A DNA stretch of 63,151 bases, counting the filler, from Anaerolineae bacterium (GTDB taxonomy: Bacteria > Chloroflexota > Anaerolineae > B4-G1 > DUEL01): assembly GCA_041082215.1 (NCBI GenBank). It is 8 parts of 8 records of this genome, joined end to end, with 100 filler letters (N's around TTAATTAATTAA, not from the genome) between each part and the next. Parts side by side here need not be neighbours in the genome. Positions count along the whole stretch, not along the records: positions 17,168 to 38,268 come from JBDOIF010000033.1; positions 38,369 to 48,829 come from JBDOIF010000046.1; 6 more parts are not named here. One strand, written 5' to 3'. The stretch's first letter is position 1. Each line of letters begins with the position of its first letter. Under the pieces are notes generated by a model, which worked only from the letters and a program-made list of their open reading frames with translations, had not been told where the DNA came from and made no database searches. A program made the translations under genes and the position numbers. This document shows, piece after piece, positions 28,170-38,539 of the stretch.

Positions 28170-29965
28170 GAGAACAACATGCGACTCGAGTGATCGAATT
28201 GCCGGCCTATCTGACGGTCCGCGAACTGGCCCAACGGATGGATGTCAGCCCCATTGATGTCATCAAGCAGTTGATGAGCGATGGCATTATTGCCACGATC
28301 AATCAGCAGATTGACTACGAGACCGCCGCGATCGTTGCCTCGGAGCTGGGTTTTGAGCCAAGAGAAGAGGCCCCCCCTGTCTCCGAAGAGGCCGGGGAGG
28401 AAGGACCGGCCCCTCTGTGGGAGCGGCTCTACGCCCACGAGGACCCGGCCAAGCTGCGTCCCAGGCCGCCGGTGGTTACAGTGCTTGGCCACGTGGATCA
28501 CGGGAAGACCTCTCTCCTGGATGCGATCCGTCAGACTGATGTGGTGGCCAGCGAGGCGGGTGGGATCACCCAGCACATTGGCGCCTATCAGGTCGAGCAT
28601 CGGGGACGGCTGATCACATTTCTGGACACCCCTGGCCACGAGGCCTTCACTGCGATGCGGGCCCGGGGCGCCCATACCACCGATATCGCCGTGCTGGTCG
28701 TCGCTGCCGATGATGGGGTGAAGCCCCAGACCGTTGAGGCGATCAACCACGCCCGCGCTGCCCGTGTCCCCATCATCGTCGCGCTGAACAAGATAGATAA
28801 GCCCAATGCCCAGCCTGAAAAGGTCAAGCAGCAACTGAGCGAGGTCGGGCTGACCCCCGATGACTGGGGAGGGGATACCCTCTGCGTGCCCGTCTCCGCC
28901 AAGAAGCGGATCGGCCTGGACGACCTGCTGGAGGCGATCCTCCTGGTGGCCGACTCCCACGAAATCAAGGCCAACCCCGACCGACCGGCTGTCGGCACCG
29001 TCCTGGAGGCCCGGCTGGACCGGAGCCGGGGGCCTACGGCTACCGTTCTGGTGCAGAACGGCACCCTCCGGCTGGGAGATGCACTGGTGGCCGGGACGGT
29101 GAGCGGACGGGTCCGACGCATGCTGGACGAACAGGGGCGACCGGTAGAGGAGGCCCCGCCTTCCACCCCTGTCCTCATCATCGGCCTCTCCGATCTGCCG
29201 ACGGCGGGCGATATCTTTGAGGTGGTGCCCGATGAGCGGACCGCCCGCGCCATTACGGCGCGGAGGGTGCAGGAAAAAGAGCAGCGGGCGGCCGAAACAC
29301 CCGCTGCCCTCACCCTCGACGATCTCTCCCGACGGGTTCGCGAGGGTAAGATTAAGGAGTTGAACCTTATCGTCAAGGCCGATGTCCAGGGCTCGATCGA
29401 GCCGATCGTGGCCTCGCTGGAACGGCTGGGGGGTGAGGGGTTAAAGCTCAACATTATCCACGCCGCTGCCGGCAATATCACCGAATCCGATATCAACCTG
29501 GCGGTGGCCTCCCGCGCCATCGTTGTCGGCTTCCAGGTGGCGGTTGACCCCGCCGCACGGCGGATGGCCGAGAGCGAGGGGGTGGATGTCCGCATCTACG
29601 ACATCATCTACAAACTGGTTGATGAGGTGGAGCTGGCCCTGAAAGGGCTGCTGGAACCCACCTACGTGGATAAGGTCATCGGCCGGGCCGAGGTTCGAGC
29701 GACCTTCGATATCCCCAGGGTGGGCCGGGTGGCAGGGTGTTATGTCGTGGAAGGAGAGGCCCGCCGCAACGCCAGGGCACGGGTCCTGCGGGGTGGAGAG
29801 CGGCTGTACGACGGCCAGGTGGCCTCCCTCAAACGGTTCACCAAGGACGTGCGAGAGGTGCGGACCGGGTTTGAGTGCGGCGTGGGGCTGGAGGGTTTTC
29901 ACGACCTGGAGGTCGGCGACATCATCGAGTTCTACGTCAAGGAGCGGGAAGCCCAGCCCTCTTAG
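28166..29965 (+). CDS. infB: Translation initiation factor IF-2
   Basis: [34 protein letters not shown]. Confidence 0.97.
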   Translation: MREQHATRVIELPAYLTVRELAQRMDVSPIDVIKQLMSDGIIATINQQIDYETAAIVASELGFEPREEAPPVSEEAGEEGPAPLWERLYAHEDPAKLRPRPPVVTVLGHVDHGKTSLLDAIRQTDVVASEAGGITQHIGAYQVEHRGRLITFLDTPGHEAFTAMRARGAHTTDIAVLVVAADDGVKPQTVEAINHARAARVPIIVALNKIDKPNAQPEKVKQQLSEVGLTPDDWGGDTLCVPVSAKKRIGLDDLLEAILLVADSHEIKANPDRPAVGTVLEARLDRSRGPTATVLVQNGTLRLGDALVAGTVSGRVRRMLDEQGRPVEEAPPSTPVLIIGLSDLPTAGDIFEVVPDERTARAITARRVQEKEQRAAETPAALTLDDLSRRVREGKIKELNLIVKADVQGSIEPIVASLERLGGEGLKLNIIHAAAGNITESDINLAVASRAIVVGFQVAVDPAARRMAESEGVDVRIYDIIYKLVDEVELALKGLLEPTYVDKVIGRAEVRATFDIPRVGRVAGCYVVEGEARRNARARVLRGGERLYDGQVASLKRFTKDVREVRTGFECGVGLEGFHDLEVGDIIEFYVKEREAQPS

Positions 29966-29976
29966 CGGGAGGTTTG

Positions 29977-30324
29977 ATGGGCAAGAAGTATCAGAAACGG
30001 GCAGCCGACCTGGTCCAGACGCATCTCACGGAGCTGTTGCGGACACAGGTCAATGACCCCCGCCTGGAAATGGTGACGATCACCGACGTCGAGGTGACCC
30101 CCGATGCCCGCAGAGCCGACATCTACTTCACCGTGCTGGGCGGGTCGCAGGCCCAGGCCGAGGCGCAGGCGGGCCTGGAAGGTGCGGCGGGCTTTCTCCG
30201 GCGAGAGCTGGGCCGCCGTATCCGGCTCCGCAATACCCCCGAACTGGTCTTCCACTGGGATGAATCCGTGGAGCGGGGAGAGCGAATCTCTGCTCTCTTG
30301 GATCGGTTGCAGGACGAACAATAA
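29977..30324 (+). CDS. rbfA: Ribosome-binding factor A
   Basis: NDPRL...VTITDVEVTPD...IRLRNTPELVF; ATG at 29977 after GGAGG. Confidence 0.93.
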   Translation: MGKKYQKRAADLVQTHLTELLRTQVNDPRLEMVTITDVEVTPDARRADIYFTVLGGSQAQAEAQAGLEGAAGFLRRELGRRIRLRNTPELVFHWDESVERGERISALLDRLQDEQ

Positions 30325-30342
30325 GGATACCCATAAGGTCAA

Positions 30343-31353
30343 ATGGACTCGAAAGATCTGGAGCAGAGCCGTGATCTCCTCCTTTCCTGCTCCCGTCCGT
30401 TCCTCGTCACCCATATCGCCCCCGATGGAGACGCCGCAGGCAGCCTCCTGGGACTGGGGTGGGTGCTGAGGAAGCTGGGTAAGGACCCTGTCCTGGTCTG
30501 TCAGGACCCCCTGCCTCTCCGCTTCAACTTCCTGCCCGGCTTCGAGACGGTGACCAGCCGGCCCCACGGCCGCTTCGACCTGCTGGTCTCTCTGGACTGC
30601 TCTGATTTGGGCCGGATGGGAGAGGTGGGAACCTACCCGGGAGTCCACGGAGCGCCGGTGCTGAACGTGGACCATCATCTGACCAATCTGGAGTACGGCA
30701 CGGCCAATCTGGTGGATGTAGACGCCGTCTCCACCACCGAGGTCCTCTATCGCCTGGTCCGCTTCATGGGCGTGGAGCTGGACGAGCGGATCGCTACCTG
30801 TCTCCTGACCGGTCTGGTCACCGACACGCGGGGCTTCCGCACATCCAATGTGACCCCCGAGGTGATGGGGGTGGCGATGGAGCTGATGGAGGCTGGCGCT
30901 CCGCTGCCCGTGATCACCCGTAACGGGCTGGACCGGCGCTCTCTGGAGGTGCTCCGTCTGTGGGGCGCCGCCTTTTCGCGGCTGGTGGTCGAGGACGGGA
31001 TGATCTGGACCAATCTCCCGCTGGCAACACAGAAGGCTATTGGCTACGACGGTCACGAGGATGTCGGCCTGGCCAACATGCTGATCAGTGTGGAGGGGAT
31101 GCAGATGGCCGCCGTCTTCACGGAGCGGGAGGATGGACAGGTCGAGGTGGGGTTCCGGGCTGTCCCCGGCTACGACGTGGCCAGGATCGCGCTTGCCTTT
31201 GGGGGAGGAGGCCACGCCCTCGCCTCCGGCTGTCTGGTGCCGGGGCCGCTGGAAGAAGCCCAGCGCCGGGTGGTGAGGGTGCTGCGAGAGGAGCTGGCCC
31301 GGCAGCGGGAACGAAACGCGGGCAGCGATGGACGGCATCCTCAACCTGAATAA
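30343..31353 (+). CDS. nrnA: DHH/DHHA1 phosphoesterase (NrnA-like)
   Basis: HIAPDGDA, VDHH, TDT, GGGH. Confidence 0.88.
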   Translation: MDSKDLEQSRDLLLSCSRPFLVTHIAPDGDAAGSLLGLGWVLRKLGKDPVLVCQDPLPLRFNFLPGFETVTSRPHGRFDLLVSLDCSDLGRMGEVGTYPGVHGAPVLNVDHHLTNLEYGTANLVDVDAVSTTEVLYRLVRFMGVELDERIATCLLTGLVTDTRGFRTSNVTPEVMGVAMELMEAGAPLPVITRNGLDRRSLEVLRLWGAAFSRLVVEDGMIWTNLPLATQKAIGYDGHEDVGLANMLISVEGMQMAAVFTEREDGQVEVGFRAVPGYDVARIALAFGGGGHALASGCLVPGPLEEAQRRVVRVLREELARQRERNAGSDGRHPQPE

Positions 31354-32203
31354 GCCCCGGGGGCTGACCTCCCACGACGTTGTGGACCGGGTGCGGATGG
31401 TGGCCGGGCAGCGCAGGGTGGGCCACGCCGGCACCCTGGACCCGATGGCCACCGGTGTTCTCCTTATCTGCCTCGGACGTGCTACCCGCCTGGCCGAATA
31501 CCTGATGGCTTCCCCCAAGACCTACCGGGCCCGCGTCCGTCTGGGCATCACAACCGATACCGGCGATGCCGGGGGGACGGCGCTGGAAGAACAGCCAGTG
31601 GAGGTCGGCAGGGAGGCCGTGGAGCAGGCACTGGAGCGGTTCCGGGGCCCCATCCTCCAGGTCCCTCCGATGTACTCCGCTCTGAGGTCTGGAGGAAAGC
31701 GGCTCTACGAGCTGGCGCGGGAGGGGAAGGTTGTGGAAAGAAGGCCCCGGCCGGTGGAGGTCTACCGGATCGAGCTGGTGGAATGGGCGCCGCCGGAGCT
31801 GGTGCTGGAGCTGGATTGCTCTCCGGGGACCTACGTCCGTGCCCTGGCCCGCGACCTGGGGGAGGCGCTGGGGTGCGGCGGGCACCTGAGCGGCCTGGTC
31901 CGGCTGGCCTCCGGCGACTTTCGGCTGGAGGAGGCGGTTCGGCTGGAGGAATTGACGCGGGAGCGGCTTCCCTCCCTGCTGCTGCCCCTTGATACTGCGC
32001 TGCGCCGCTGGCCGGCCCTGTACCTGGATGAGGCGGCGGCGCAGACGGTGCGGTCGGGCCGGCCGGTGGCCGCCTGGTTGCTGGAGCCGGAGGGGGACGT
32101 CTCCTCCCTGGCCCGTGCCTACGGCCCGGACGGCGCCTTCCTGGCCGTGATGGAGTACCGGCCCGATCAGGAAGTCTGGCATCCACGCAAGGTCTTTGGC
32201 TGA
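31328..32203 (+). CDS. truB: tRNA pseudouridine(55) synthase
   Basis: TSHDVV, GHAGTLDPMATG, QVPPMYSA, CSPGTYVRALARD. Confidence 0.95.
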   Translation: MDGILNLNKPRGLTSHDVVDRVRMVAGQRRVGHAGTLDPMATGVLLICLGRATRLAEYLMASPKTYRARVRLGITTDTGDAGGTALEEQPVEVGREAVEQALERFRGPILQVPPMYSALRSGGKRLYELAREGKVVERRPRPVEVYRIELVEWAPPELVLELDCSPGTYVRALARDLGEALGCGGHLSGLVRLASGDFRLEEAVRLEELTRERLPSLLLPLDTALRRWPALYLDEAAAQTVRSGRPVAAWLLEPEGDVSSLARAYGPDGAFLAVMEYRPDQEVWHPRKVFG

Positions 32204-32204
32204 T

Positions 32205-33140
32205 ATGCGGATCGTCCACTCTCTGGAAGAGGCGATGCTCTCTTCCCCTTCCCACCTCACCATCGGGGCCTTCGACGGGGTCCATCGGGGCCATCAACAC
32301 CTGATCGGCTCGATGGCGGAGGAGGCGCACGCGGCAGGCCGGGCAGCGGTGGCACTGACTTTCGACCCCCATCCGGGGGCGCTGCTGGGTCGGAGTCCGG
32401 TGGCCGCCCTCTCGACCATCGAGGAGCGGGCTGCGCTGATGGCGGACCTGGGGGTGGACCTTCTGGTGGTGTTGCGGTTTACCCCCGCCCTGGCCGGGAC
32501 CCCGGCCTACCGTTTTGTCCATTCCCTTTGCCACTACCTCGGGCTGAAGGAGCTCTGGGCCGGACCGGATTTCGCCCTTGGCCACCGGCGGGAAGGGGAC
32601 GTCCCGTATCTCCGTCGGCTGGGAGAGCGAATGGGGTTCGAGGTCCGTGTGGTGGAACCGCTCCGCTGGCGGGGGGAGGTGGTCAGTTCCACACGCATTC
32701 GGGCGGCCCTCACTGCTGGCGACATAGAGGAAGCCAACGGTTGTCTGGGCCGTCCCTACCATCTGACCGGCACCGTCGTCCGTGGGCGGGGGTTGGGGCG
32801 GACGCTGGGGATTCCCACCGCCAACCTGGAGCTGCCGCCGGGCCGCCTGATCCCGGCCAACGGAGTCTATGCGTGCCTGGCGCGGCCGGAGAGGGGAGGG
32901 GAGTGGCCGGCGGTGGTCAACGTGGGGGTGCGTCCCACCATCGCCGCTGACCATCTGACGGTGGAGGCCCATCTCCTGGATTTCGATGGGGACCTGTACG
33001 GCCAGGAGCTGGGGCTGGATTTCATCGCCTGGCTGCGGGATGAGGAGATTTTCCCCAGCCTGAACGCGCTGGTGGACCAGATTCAACAGGACATCGTCCA
33101 GGCCAGGCGTGTTCTGGAGGACCAGAGGGGTCCGGTTTGA
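32205..33140 (+). CDS. ribF: Bifunctional riboflavin kinase/FAD synthetase
   Basis: GAFDGVHRGH, VSSTRIR, GIPTAN, GVRPT, VEAHLLDF. Confidence 0.95.
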   Translation: MRIVHSLEEAMLSSPSHLTIGAFDGVHRGHQHLIGSMAEEAHAAGRAAVALTFDPHPGALLGRSPVAALSTIEERAALMADLGVDLLVVLRFTPALAGTPAYRFVHSLCHYLGLKELWAGPDFALGHRREGDVPYLRRLGERMGFEVRVVEPLRWRGEVVSSTRIRAALTAGDIEEANGCLGRPYHLTGTVVRGRGLGRTLGIPTANLELPPGRLIPANGVYACLARPERGGEWPAVVNVGVRPTIAADHLTVEAHLLDFDGDLYGQELGLDFIAWLRDEEIFPSLNALVDQIQQDIVQARRVLEDQRGPV

Positions 33141-33164
33141 CAAATCCCCGGTTCTCGTTATAAT
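33137..33164 (+). promoter_or_regulatory. Consensus promoter for rplU-rpmA-rpmE
   Basis: TTGACA-16 nt-TATAAT. Confidence 0.75.
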
Positions 33165-33221
33165 ATCAGGGTGGCCGGGCCACTGGGCGCGGCCTGTATC
33201 GTGCTTTTGGGAGGCGTCATC

Positions 33222-33533
33222 GTGTACGCGGTGATTCGATCGGGAGGACGACAATATCGAGTTCAGGCGGGCGACCAGATTCTGGTTGAAAAACTGCCCG
33301 TCGAGGCCGGGCAACAGGTCTCTCTGGATGAGGTTCTGCTGGTGGCCGGTGAGGGGGAAGTGAAGATCGGTGCCCCGCTGGTGGAAGGTGCGCGGGTTCA
33401 GGCAACGGTGATGGCTCACGAAAAGGGGCCGAAGATCCGCATCTTCAAATACCGGCCCAAGGAGCGGTACCGGCGGCGGATGGGCCACCGGCAGACCTAT
33501 ACCCGCCTGCGCGTGGATGAAATTGTGGTGTAG
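33222..33533 (+). CDS. rplU: 50S ribosomal protein L21
   Basis: [14 protein letters not shown]...GHRQTYT; GTG at 33222. Confidence 0.95.
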   Translation: MYAVIRSGGRQYRVQAGDQILVEKLPVEAGQQVSLDEVLLVAGEGEVKIGAPLVEGARVQATVMAHEKGPKIRIFKYRPKERYRRRMGHRQTYTRLRVDEIVV

Positions 33534-33547
33534 TGGGAGGTTGAGGG

Positions 33548-33808
33548 ATGGCCCACAAAAAAGGCGGCGGAAAGAGTCGGAACGGACGAGATAGCCTCAG
33601 CAAGCGGCTGGGGGTCAAGAAATACGGCGGCGAATGGGTCCGCGCAGGCCACATCATCGTCCGGCAGCGCGGTATGACGATCAAGCCGGGCACGAACGTG
33701 GGGATGGGGAAGGACTACACCCTTTTTGCCCTGAGCGACGGGTTCGTCCGCTTCGAGCCGGTCCGTGGCGGACGGAAGCGGGTTTCCGTACTTCCGGAGG
33801 GGAGGTAG
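33548..33808 (+). CDS. rpmA: 50S ribosomal protein L27
   Basis: [16 protein letters not shown]...IIVRQRG. Confidence 0.96.
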   Translation: MAHKKGGGKSRNGRDSLSKRLGVKKYGGEWVRAGHIIVRQRGMTIKPGTNVGMGKDYTLFALSDGFVRFEPVRGGRKRVSVLPEGR

Positions 33809-33814
33809 AGGATC

Positions 33815-34312
33815 GTGAAAGCAGGTATCCATCCCGAGTTCTATCCCGAGGCCCAGGTGATCTGCGCCTGCGGCAACACCTGGACCGTTGGGGCTACTGT
33901 CCCCGTCATCCGGACCGATGTTTGCTCCAAGTGCCATCCGTTCTTCACCGGCGAGCAGCGGATCGTGGACGCTGAGGGGCAGGTGGATCGGTTCCTGAGC
34001 CGGCTTCGCCGTCGAGATGAGCGGCTGGCCGAGGAGAGGGCCCGCAGGGAGGCGGAGCGCTCGCCGGATCAGCCGATCAGTGTGCTGGAGCTGGGAGCCC
34101 GGGCTGAGTCCGCGTTGATGGAGGCGGGGGTCAGGACCATCGGCGACGCGCTGGAAAAGCTGGCCCAGGGGGATGAGACCCTGACGGATCTGCGGGGGTT
34201 CGGCCTGAAGTCGCTGGCCACGCTGAAGAAGCGGCTCCGCGCCCGGGGGTTTGTCCTGCCCGGCGATGAGCTTACACAAGGGGAAGTGCCGGGCGAGGGG
34301 GAGACGGAGTAG
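33815..34312 (+). CDS. rpmE: 50S ribosomal protein L31 (Zn-binding type) fused to an RNAP alpha-CTD-like domain
   Basis: MKAGIHPE...CACG...CSKCHPFFTG...GQVDRF, followed by about 95 extra residues. Confidence 0.92.
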   Translation: MKAGIHPEFYPEAQVICACGNTWTVGATVPVIRTDVCSKCHPFFTGEQRIVDAEGQVDRFLSRLRRRDERLAEERARREAERSPDQPISVLELGARAESALMEAGVRTIGDALEKLAQGDETLTDLRGFGLKSLATLKKRLRARGFVLPGDELTQGEVPGEGETE

Positions 34313-34382
34313 AAGAGCAGGGCAGACCGGCGGGGGCAGGTGACTTCCTTCATCTGCCCCCGCTTTCATTGGAGAGAGGTGT

Positions 34383-34982
34383 ATGTACGGCAAGCCCAGC
34401 AGCGGTTGGATCGAGGTGATCTGCGGCAGCATGTTCTCCGGAAAGACCGAAGAGCTGATCCGACGGGTGCGCCGGGCGCAGATCGCCCACCAGAAGGTGC
34501 AGGTATTCAAACACAGCCTGGATGCGCGGTATGCCCAGCGGGAGGTGGCCTCCCATAACGGGCTGCAGATCGCGGCCGTCCCGGTGGAGAACGCCGCCCA
34601 GTTAGAAGAGCTGATCGAGCCAGATACGACAGTGGTCGCTATTGACGAGGGCCAGTTCTTCGATGGGGAATTGGTCCGGCTCTGTAAGGGGCTGGCCGAC
34701 CGGGGCGTGCGGGTCATCGTCGCAGGGCTGGATATGGATTTCCGGGGGGAGCCGTTCGGCCCGATGCCCTACCTGATGGCCGAGGCGGAGCGGGTGGATA
34801 AGCTCCAGGCCATCTGCGTGGTCTGCGGAGGCCCTGCCAGCCGAACCCAGCGGCTCATCAACGGCCGCCCCGCCGCCTACGACGATCCGGTGATCCTGGT
34901 CGGGGCCAGAGAGGTGTATGAAGCACGTTGCCGTGGATGCCATGAGGTCAGAGAAAGCAGTGGGCGGAATGAAAATGAGTAG
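34383..34982 (+). CDS. tdk: Thymidine kinase
   Basis: [27 protein letters not shown], two CxxC zinc motifs. Confidence 0.95.
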   Translation: MYGKPSSGWIEVICGSMFSGKTEELIRRVRRAQIAHQKVQVFKHSLDARYAQREVASHNGLQIAAVPVENAAQLEELIEPDTTVVAIDEGQFFDGELVRLCKGLADRGVRVIVAGLDMDFRGEPFGPMPYLMAEAERVDKLQAICVVCGGPASRTQRLINGRPAAYDDPVILVGAREVYEARCRGCHEVRESSGRNENE

Positions 34983-35535
34983 GAGAAAAGTCGAGCTGCC
35001 CAAGGCTGTGGACCGGGTGCTGCTGGATGAGGAGACGATCCAGCGGCGGGTGGAAGAGCTGGCGGCGCAGATCAGCGCCGACTACGCCGATGCTGGCGAC
35101 CTGGTGCTGGTAGGGGTCCTGAAAGGAGCCTTCATCTTCATGGCCGATCTGGCCCGGAGGCTGACCATCTCCCACCATGTGGACTTCATCGCCCTCTCCA
35201 GCTACAACCGGGGAGCGACCAGCACCGGCGCTGTCCGGTTGATCATGGACACCCGAACCCCGGTGACGGGGCGACATGTCCTGATTGTGGAGGACATCGT
35301 TGACACTGGCTACACGCTTGACTACCTGCTGAGCACCTTCCAGGCCCGCCGTCCCGCTTCCTTAAAAACCTGTGTCCTCCTGAGCAAGCCGGAGCGGCGC
35401 AAGGTCAACGCCCCAATCCACTACCTGGGGTTTGAGATCCCCGATGTCTGGGTGGTGGGATACGGGCTGGACTACGCCGACCGGTATCGGACCCTCCCCT
35501 ACATTGCTGCGTTGAAGCGGGAGGTGTATGAGTAG
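34975..35535 (+). CDS. hpt: Hypoxanthine phosphoribosyltransferase (paralog 1)
   Basis: [33 protein letters not shown]. Confidence 0.9.
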   Translation: MSRRKVELPKAVDRVLLDEETIQRRVEELAAQISADYADAGDLVLVGVLKGAFIFMADLARRLTISHHVDFIALSSYNRGATSTGAVRLIMDTRTPVTGRHVLIVEDIVDTGYTLDYLLSTFQARRPASLKTCVLLSKPERRKVNAPIHYLGFEIPDVWVVGYGLDYADRYRTLPYIAALKREVYE

Positions 35536-35578
35536 CTGGTAGCTGGTAGCTGAGTGGTAGTTGGCTAGGAGGGGGGCG

Positions 35579-36127
35579 ATGGGGCTGCGGGATGATGTGG
35601 CGAAAGTGCTGATTCCGGAGGAGAAGCTCCAGGCCCGGATCGCCGAGCTGGCGCGGGAGATTGATGCCACCTATTCCAGGGACGACCGTCCCCTTCTGGT
35701 CTGTGTCCTGAAGGGGGCCTTTATGTTTCTGGCCGACCTGACACGCCACCTGGAGACCCCCCACGAGGTGGATTTCATGGAGATCTCCTCTTACGGCAGG
35801 GGGACGGTGAGCAGCGGCGTGGTGCGGATTCTGCTGGACCTGGCGCAGAGCATCGAGGGGCGTCACGTGCTGATTGTGGAGGATATCATTGATACGGGGC
35901 GGACGCTGGATTACATCACCCGCAACCTGCGCACGCGCGGCCCGGCCAGCCTCCGGGTCTGCACGCTCCTGAGCAAGCCGTCCAGGAGGGAGATCGAGAT
36001 CCCGCTGGACTTCGTGGGCTTCGAGATTCCCGACGAGTTCGTGGTGGGTTACGGGCTGGATTTCGCCGAGATCTACCGGAATCTCCCGTTCATCGGCGTG
36101 TTGAAGGAAGAGGCATACCGGCAGTAA
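35579..36127 (+). CDS. hpt: Hypoxanthine phosphoribosyltransferase (paralog 2)
   Basis: VLKGAFMFLADL, VEDIIDTGRTL, EFVVGYGLD. Confidence 0.92.
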   Translation: MGLRDDVAKVLIPEEKLQARIAELAREIDATYSRDDRPLLVCVLKGAFMFLADLTRHLETPHEVDFMEISSYGRGTVSSGVVRILLDLAQSIEGRHVLIVEDIIDTGRTLDYITRNLRTRGPASLRVCTLLSKPSRREIEIPLDFVGFEIPDEFVVGYGLDFAEIYRNLPFIGVLKEEAYRQ

Positions 36128-36155
36128 GAATAGGACAGGCTGTCAGCCTGTCCTG

Positions 36156-37088
36156 CTACGATCGGGGGTACTCGGTCGCTTCGAAAGAAGGGGCCGGGAC
36201 GATCTGCTTGGTGCTCTTCACGACCTCCCACACTGCGTGCTTCCGCTTCCATACCCGGTAGTCCATCATCCCCAGCAGCCGTGCCCAGACCTCCAGAGCG
36301 ATAACCGCAGGTCCCCACAGGAAATACCGCCAATCCCGCTTCACCCCCGGACGGGTCAGCAGCAGCCACAGGATGCGCCGGCCTTTCATTGTCGAAACCC
36401 GGTAGCCCAGTGTATCCCGCACGTAGACGTGGCCAGCGTAAATCCGCCGCCGCTGCCGCAGGAAGTCATCCACCGTCTCCGGCCCCCGGTTATAGACCAC
36501 CGCCTCAGGGACGTAGCGAAGCTGGAGGCCCTGCCCCCGGATCAGTGGCTCAATGCTCGCCTCATCTACCGCTGAATCGTGGGGAATCTGGTGGAAGAAG
36601 TTGCGGAAGGCGATCATCTCTCCCATTTTCGGCTTCTGTAGCGATATCTGATGATGGAGGGTCCAGAGCAGGTGGACCGCGTATCCCATGAAGGAGTGCG
36701 GGTCGTTGGTCGGCACAGGGCGGCCTCCGGTCATCCCCACACTGGCGTCCTCAAAGGGAGCGACCAGGTTTTCTATGGCATCGGGTGCGGGGATGGTGTC
36801 GGCGTTGGCCAGCACGATGATCTTCTGGCCGGTATTTCGGAGCAGGAAGTTGATGGCGGAAGCCTTCCCCTGGCGACGGGTCTGGCTGATCAGGCGGACC
36901 CGCGGATCTCGCTGGCAGAATTCCCGCACAATCTCCTCTGTGCGATCCTCGCAGCCGCTGGCGACGACGATGATCTCAGCGATCTCCACCTGCCTGAGCC
37001 GCTGCCCACAGAGGGCCTCCAGCATCCGGCCGATGTTGGCCTCCTCGTTGTAGGCCATAACAGCCACGCAACAGTAGAGCCTTGGCAT
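36156..37088 (-). CDS. Glycosyltransferase family 2
   Basis: AYNEEANI, GKASAIN, ANADT (DxD variant), RQRRRI. Confidence 0.85.
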   Translation of the reverse strand: MPRLYCCVAVMAYNEEANIGRMLEALCGQRLRQVEIAEIIVVASGCEDRTEEIVREFCQRDPRVRLISQTRRQGKASAINFLLRNTGQKIIVLANADTIPAPDAIENLVAPFEDASVGMTGGRPVPTNDPHSFMGYAVHLLWTLHHQISLQKPKMGEMIAFRNFFHQIPHDSAVDEASIEPLIRGQGLQLRYVPEAVVYNRGPETVDDFLRQRRRIYAGHVYVRDTLGYRVSTMKGRRILWLLLTRPGVKRDWRYFLWGPAVIALEVWARLLGMMDYRVWKRKHAVWEVVKSTKQIVPAPSFEATEYPRS

Positions 37089-37155
37089 CCCAGCACCTTT
37101 CCTGGTCGGTAGGGGCGCTGTCAGCGCGCCCCTACCGACTGGACCTGTCCTGCTC

Positions 37156-38268
37156 CTATGGAGAGGACCACGCTCTGACGACCAGGGGCAGATAGACCCG
37201 TACCAGCAGGCTTACCTGCGTTTCCCCACTGGCCGTTCCGGCGGCAGCGGTGACGGTGGCCCTCCCAGGCTCAGTGCCTGCCGTAAGGGTGGTCTGGGCA
37301 AGGCCGTTCACCGTACCCACGTTCGTTGGAGTCACCGACCCCAGAGTGGTGGCGAAGATGACCTCCGTGCCGTCCTGGACCGGGTTACCGTACCGGTCGG
37401 TCACGAAAGCTGTGATGGTGGAGGTGCTGACACCGTCCGCGTTGATCTTTTCGGGATCGGCGGTCACCGTCACCGTAAACGGATCGCCAGCCAGGACGGT
37501 CAGTGTAGCTGTGTCCTGATACGAACCGTAGGTGCCGGTGACCGTCCAGGTCCCCGCCACCGCCGAAGTGTAAACGTTGGCGGTCCATATCCCGCCTGCG
37601 GCGGGTGAGATGGTGAAGGTTGTGTCTGCCGTTACATCCATCAGGAAGTTGTCGTAGGCATCCCGTGCCTCTGCGGTATAGGCCTGCGCTTCTCCTGCGG
37701 TGATCGTAACCGATGAGGGCAGGATGACGATGTGGTGTGTTCCGGCAGGTGTCACCGTCAACGTGGCCGTGTCGCTCCGACCGCCGTAGGTGCCGGTGAC
37801 GATCCAGGTGCCAGCCACTTCGGTGGTGTAGACGTTGGCCGCCCAGATGCCACCCGCGCCAGCCTCGATGGTGTAGACACCGCTGGCGGTGACGTCCCAG
37901 GAGTTGTCATCAGCGTCGTAGGCGGTGAGGGTGTAGGCGACCGATTGCCCGGCCGTCCGTGTCGCATCCTCCGGCGTCAGCTCCACGCGGGCCAGGGCGC
38001 CCCTGGTCACTGTGATCGTCCCGGTGTCGTCGTCGGCTGCGGTGGGGTGGTCGGCGTGGACGTGGCCGGTGCCCGGTGTCGTTGCGTCGAACGTCGTCGA
38101 GGTTCCTGTGGTCGGTGCGACGGTTCCGATCCCGCCCACCACCGACCAGGTGACGGACTGGTTGGCGATGAAGTTGTTGTCGGCGTCGAAGCCTGCGGCG
38201 TAGAGGGTCCAGGTTTCGTCGGTGGTCATCGTGTGGTTGCCGGCGGGGTTCTGCCCGTTGGGGTCGGT
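37156..38268 (-). CDS. Surface protein with tandem Ig-like/invasin domains (5' truncated)
   Basis: Repeated ~85-aa Thr-rich beta domains (YDADDN / RDAYDN), Big_1-like INADGVSTSTITA...DRYGNPV, C-terminal YLPLVVR. Confidence 0.8.
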   Translation of the reverse strand, partial: TDPNGQNPAGNHTMTTDETWTLYAAGFDADNNFIANQSVTWSVVGGIGTVAPTTGTSTTFDATTPGTGHVHADHPTAADDDTGTITVTRGALARVELTPEDATRTAGQSVAYTLTAYDADDNSWDVTASGVYTIEAGAGGIWAANVYTTEVAGTWIVTGTYGGRSDTATLTVTPAGTHHIVILPSSVTITAGEAQAYTAEARDAYDNFLMDVTADTTFTISPAAGGIWTANVYTSAVAGTWTVTGTYGSYQDTATLTVLAGDPFTVTVTADPEKINADGVSTSTITAFVTDRYGNPVQDGTEVIFATTLGSVTPTNVGTVNGLAQTTLTAGTEPGRATVTAAAGTASGETQVSLLVRVYLPLVVRAWSSP

Positions 38269-38368
38269 NNNNNNNNNNNNNNNNNNNNNNNNNNNNNNNN
38301 NNNNNNNNNNNNTTAATTAATTAANNNNNNNNNNNNNNNNNNNNNNNNNNNNNNNNNNNNNNNNNNNN

Positions 38369-38536
38369 CGACCGGCGGGGGCGACCGGCGGGGGCGACCG
38401 GCAGGGGCGACCGGCAGGCAGGGGCGACCGGCGGGGGCGACCGGCGGGCAGGGGCGACCGGCGGGGGCGACCGGCAGGGGCGACCGGCAGGCAGGGGCGA
38501 CCGGCAGGTAGGGGCGACCTGCCGGTCGCCCCTACC
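38369..38536. repeat. Tandem array of REP half-sites ending in a full REP
   Basis: About 10 units of GGGGCGACCGGC(A/G), then GTAGGGGCGACCTGCCGGTCGCCCCTAC. Confidence 0.85.
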
Positions 38537-38539
38537 GTT

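Noticed and set aside
38369..38536. Possible CRISPR array (also 61747-61881)
   Set aside because: Units are contiguous with no unique spacers and no cas genes nearby; better explained as REP-derived tandem repeats
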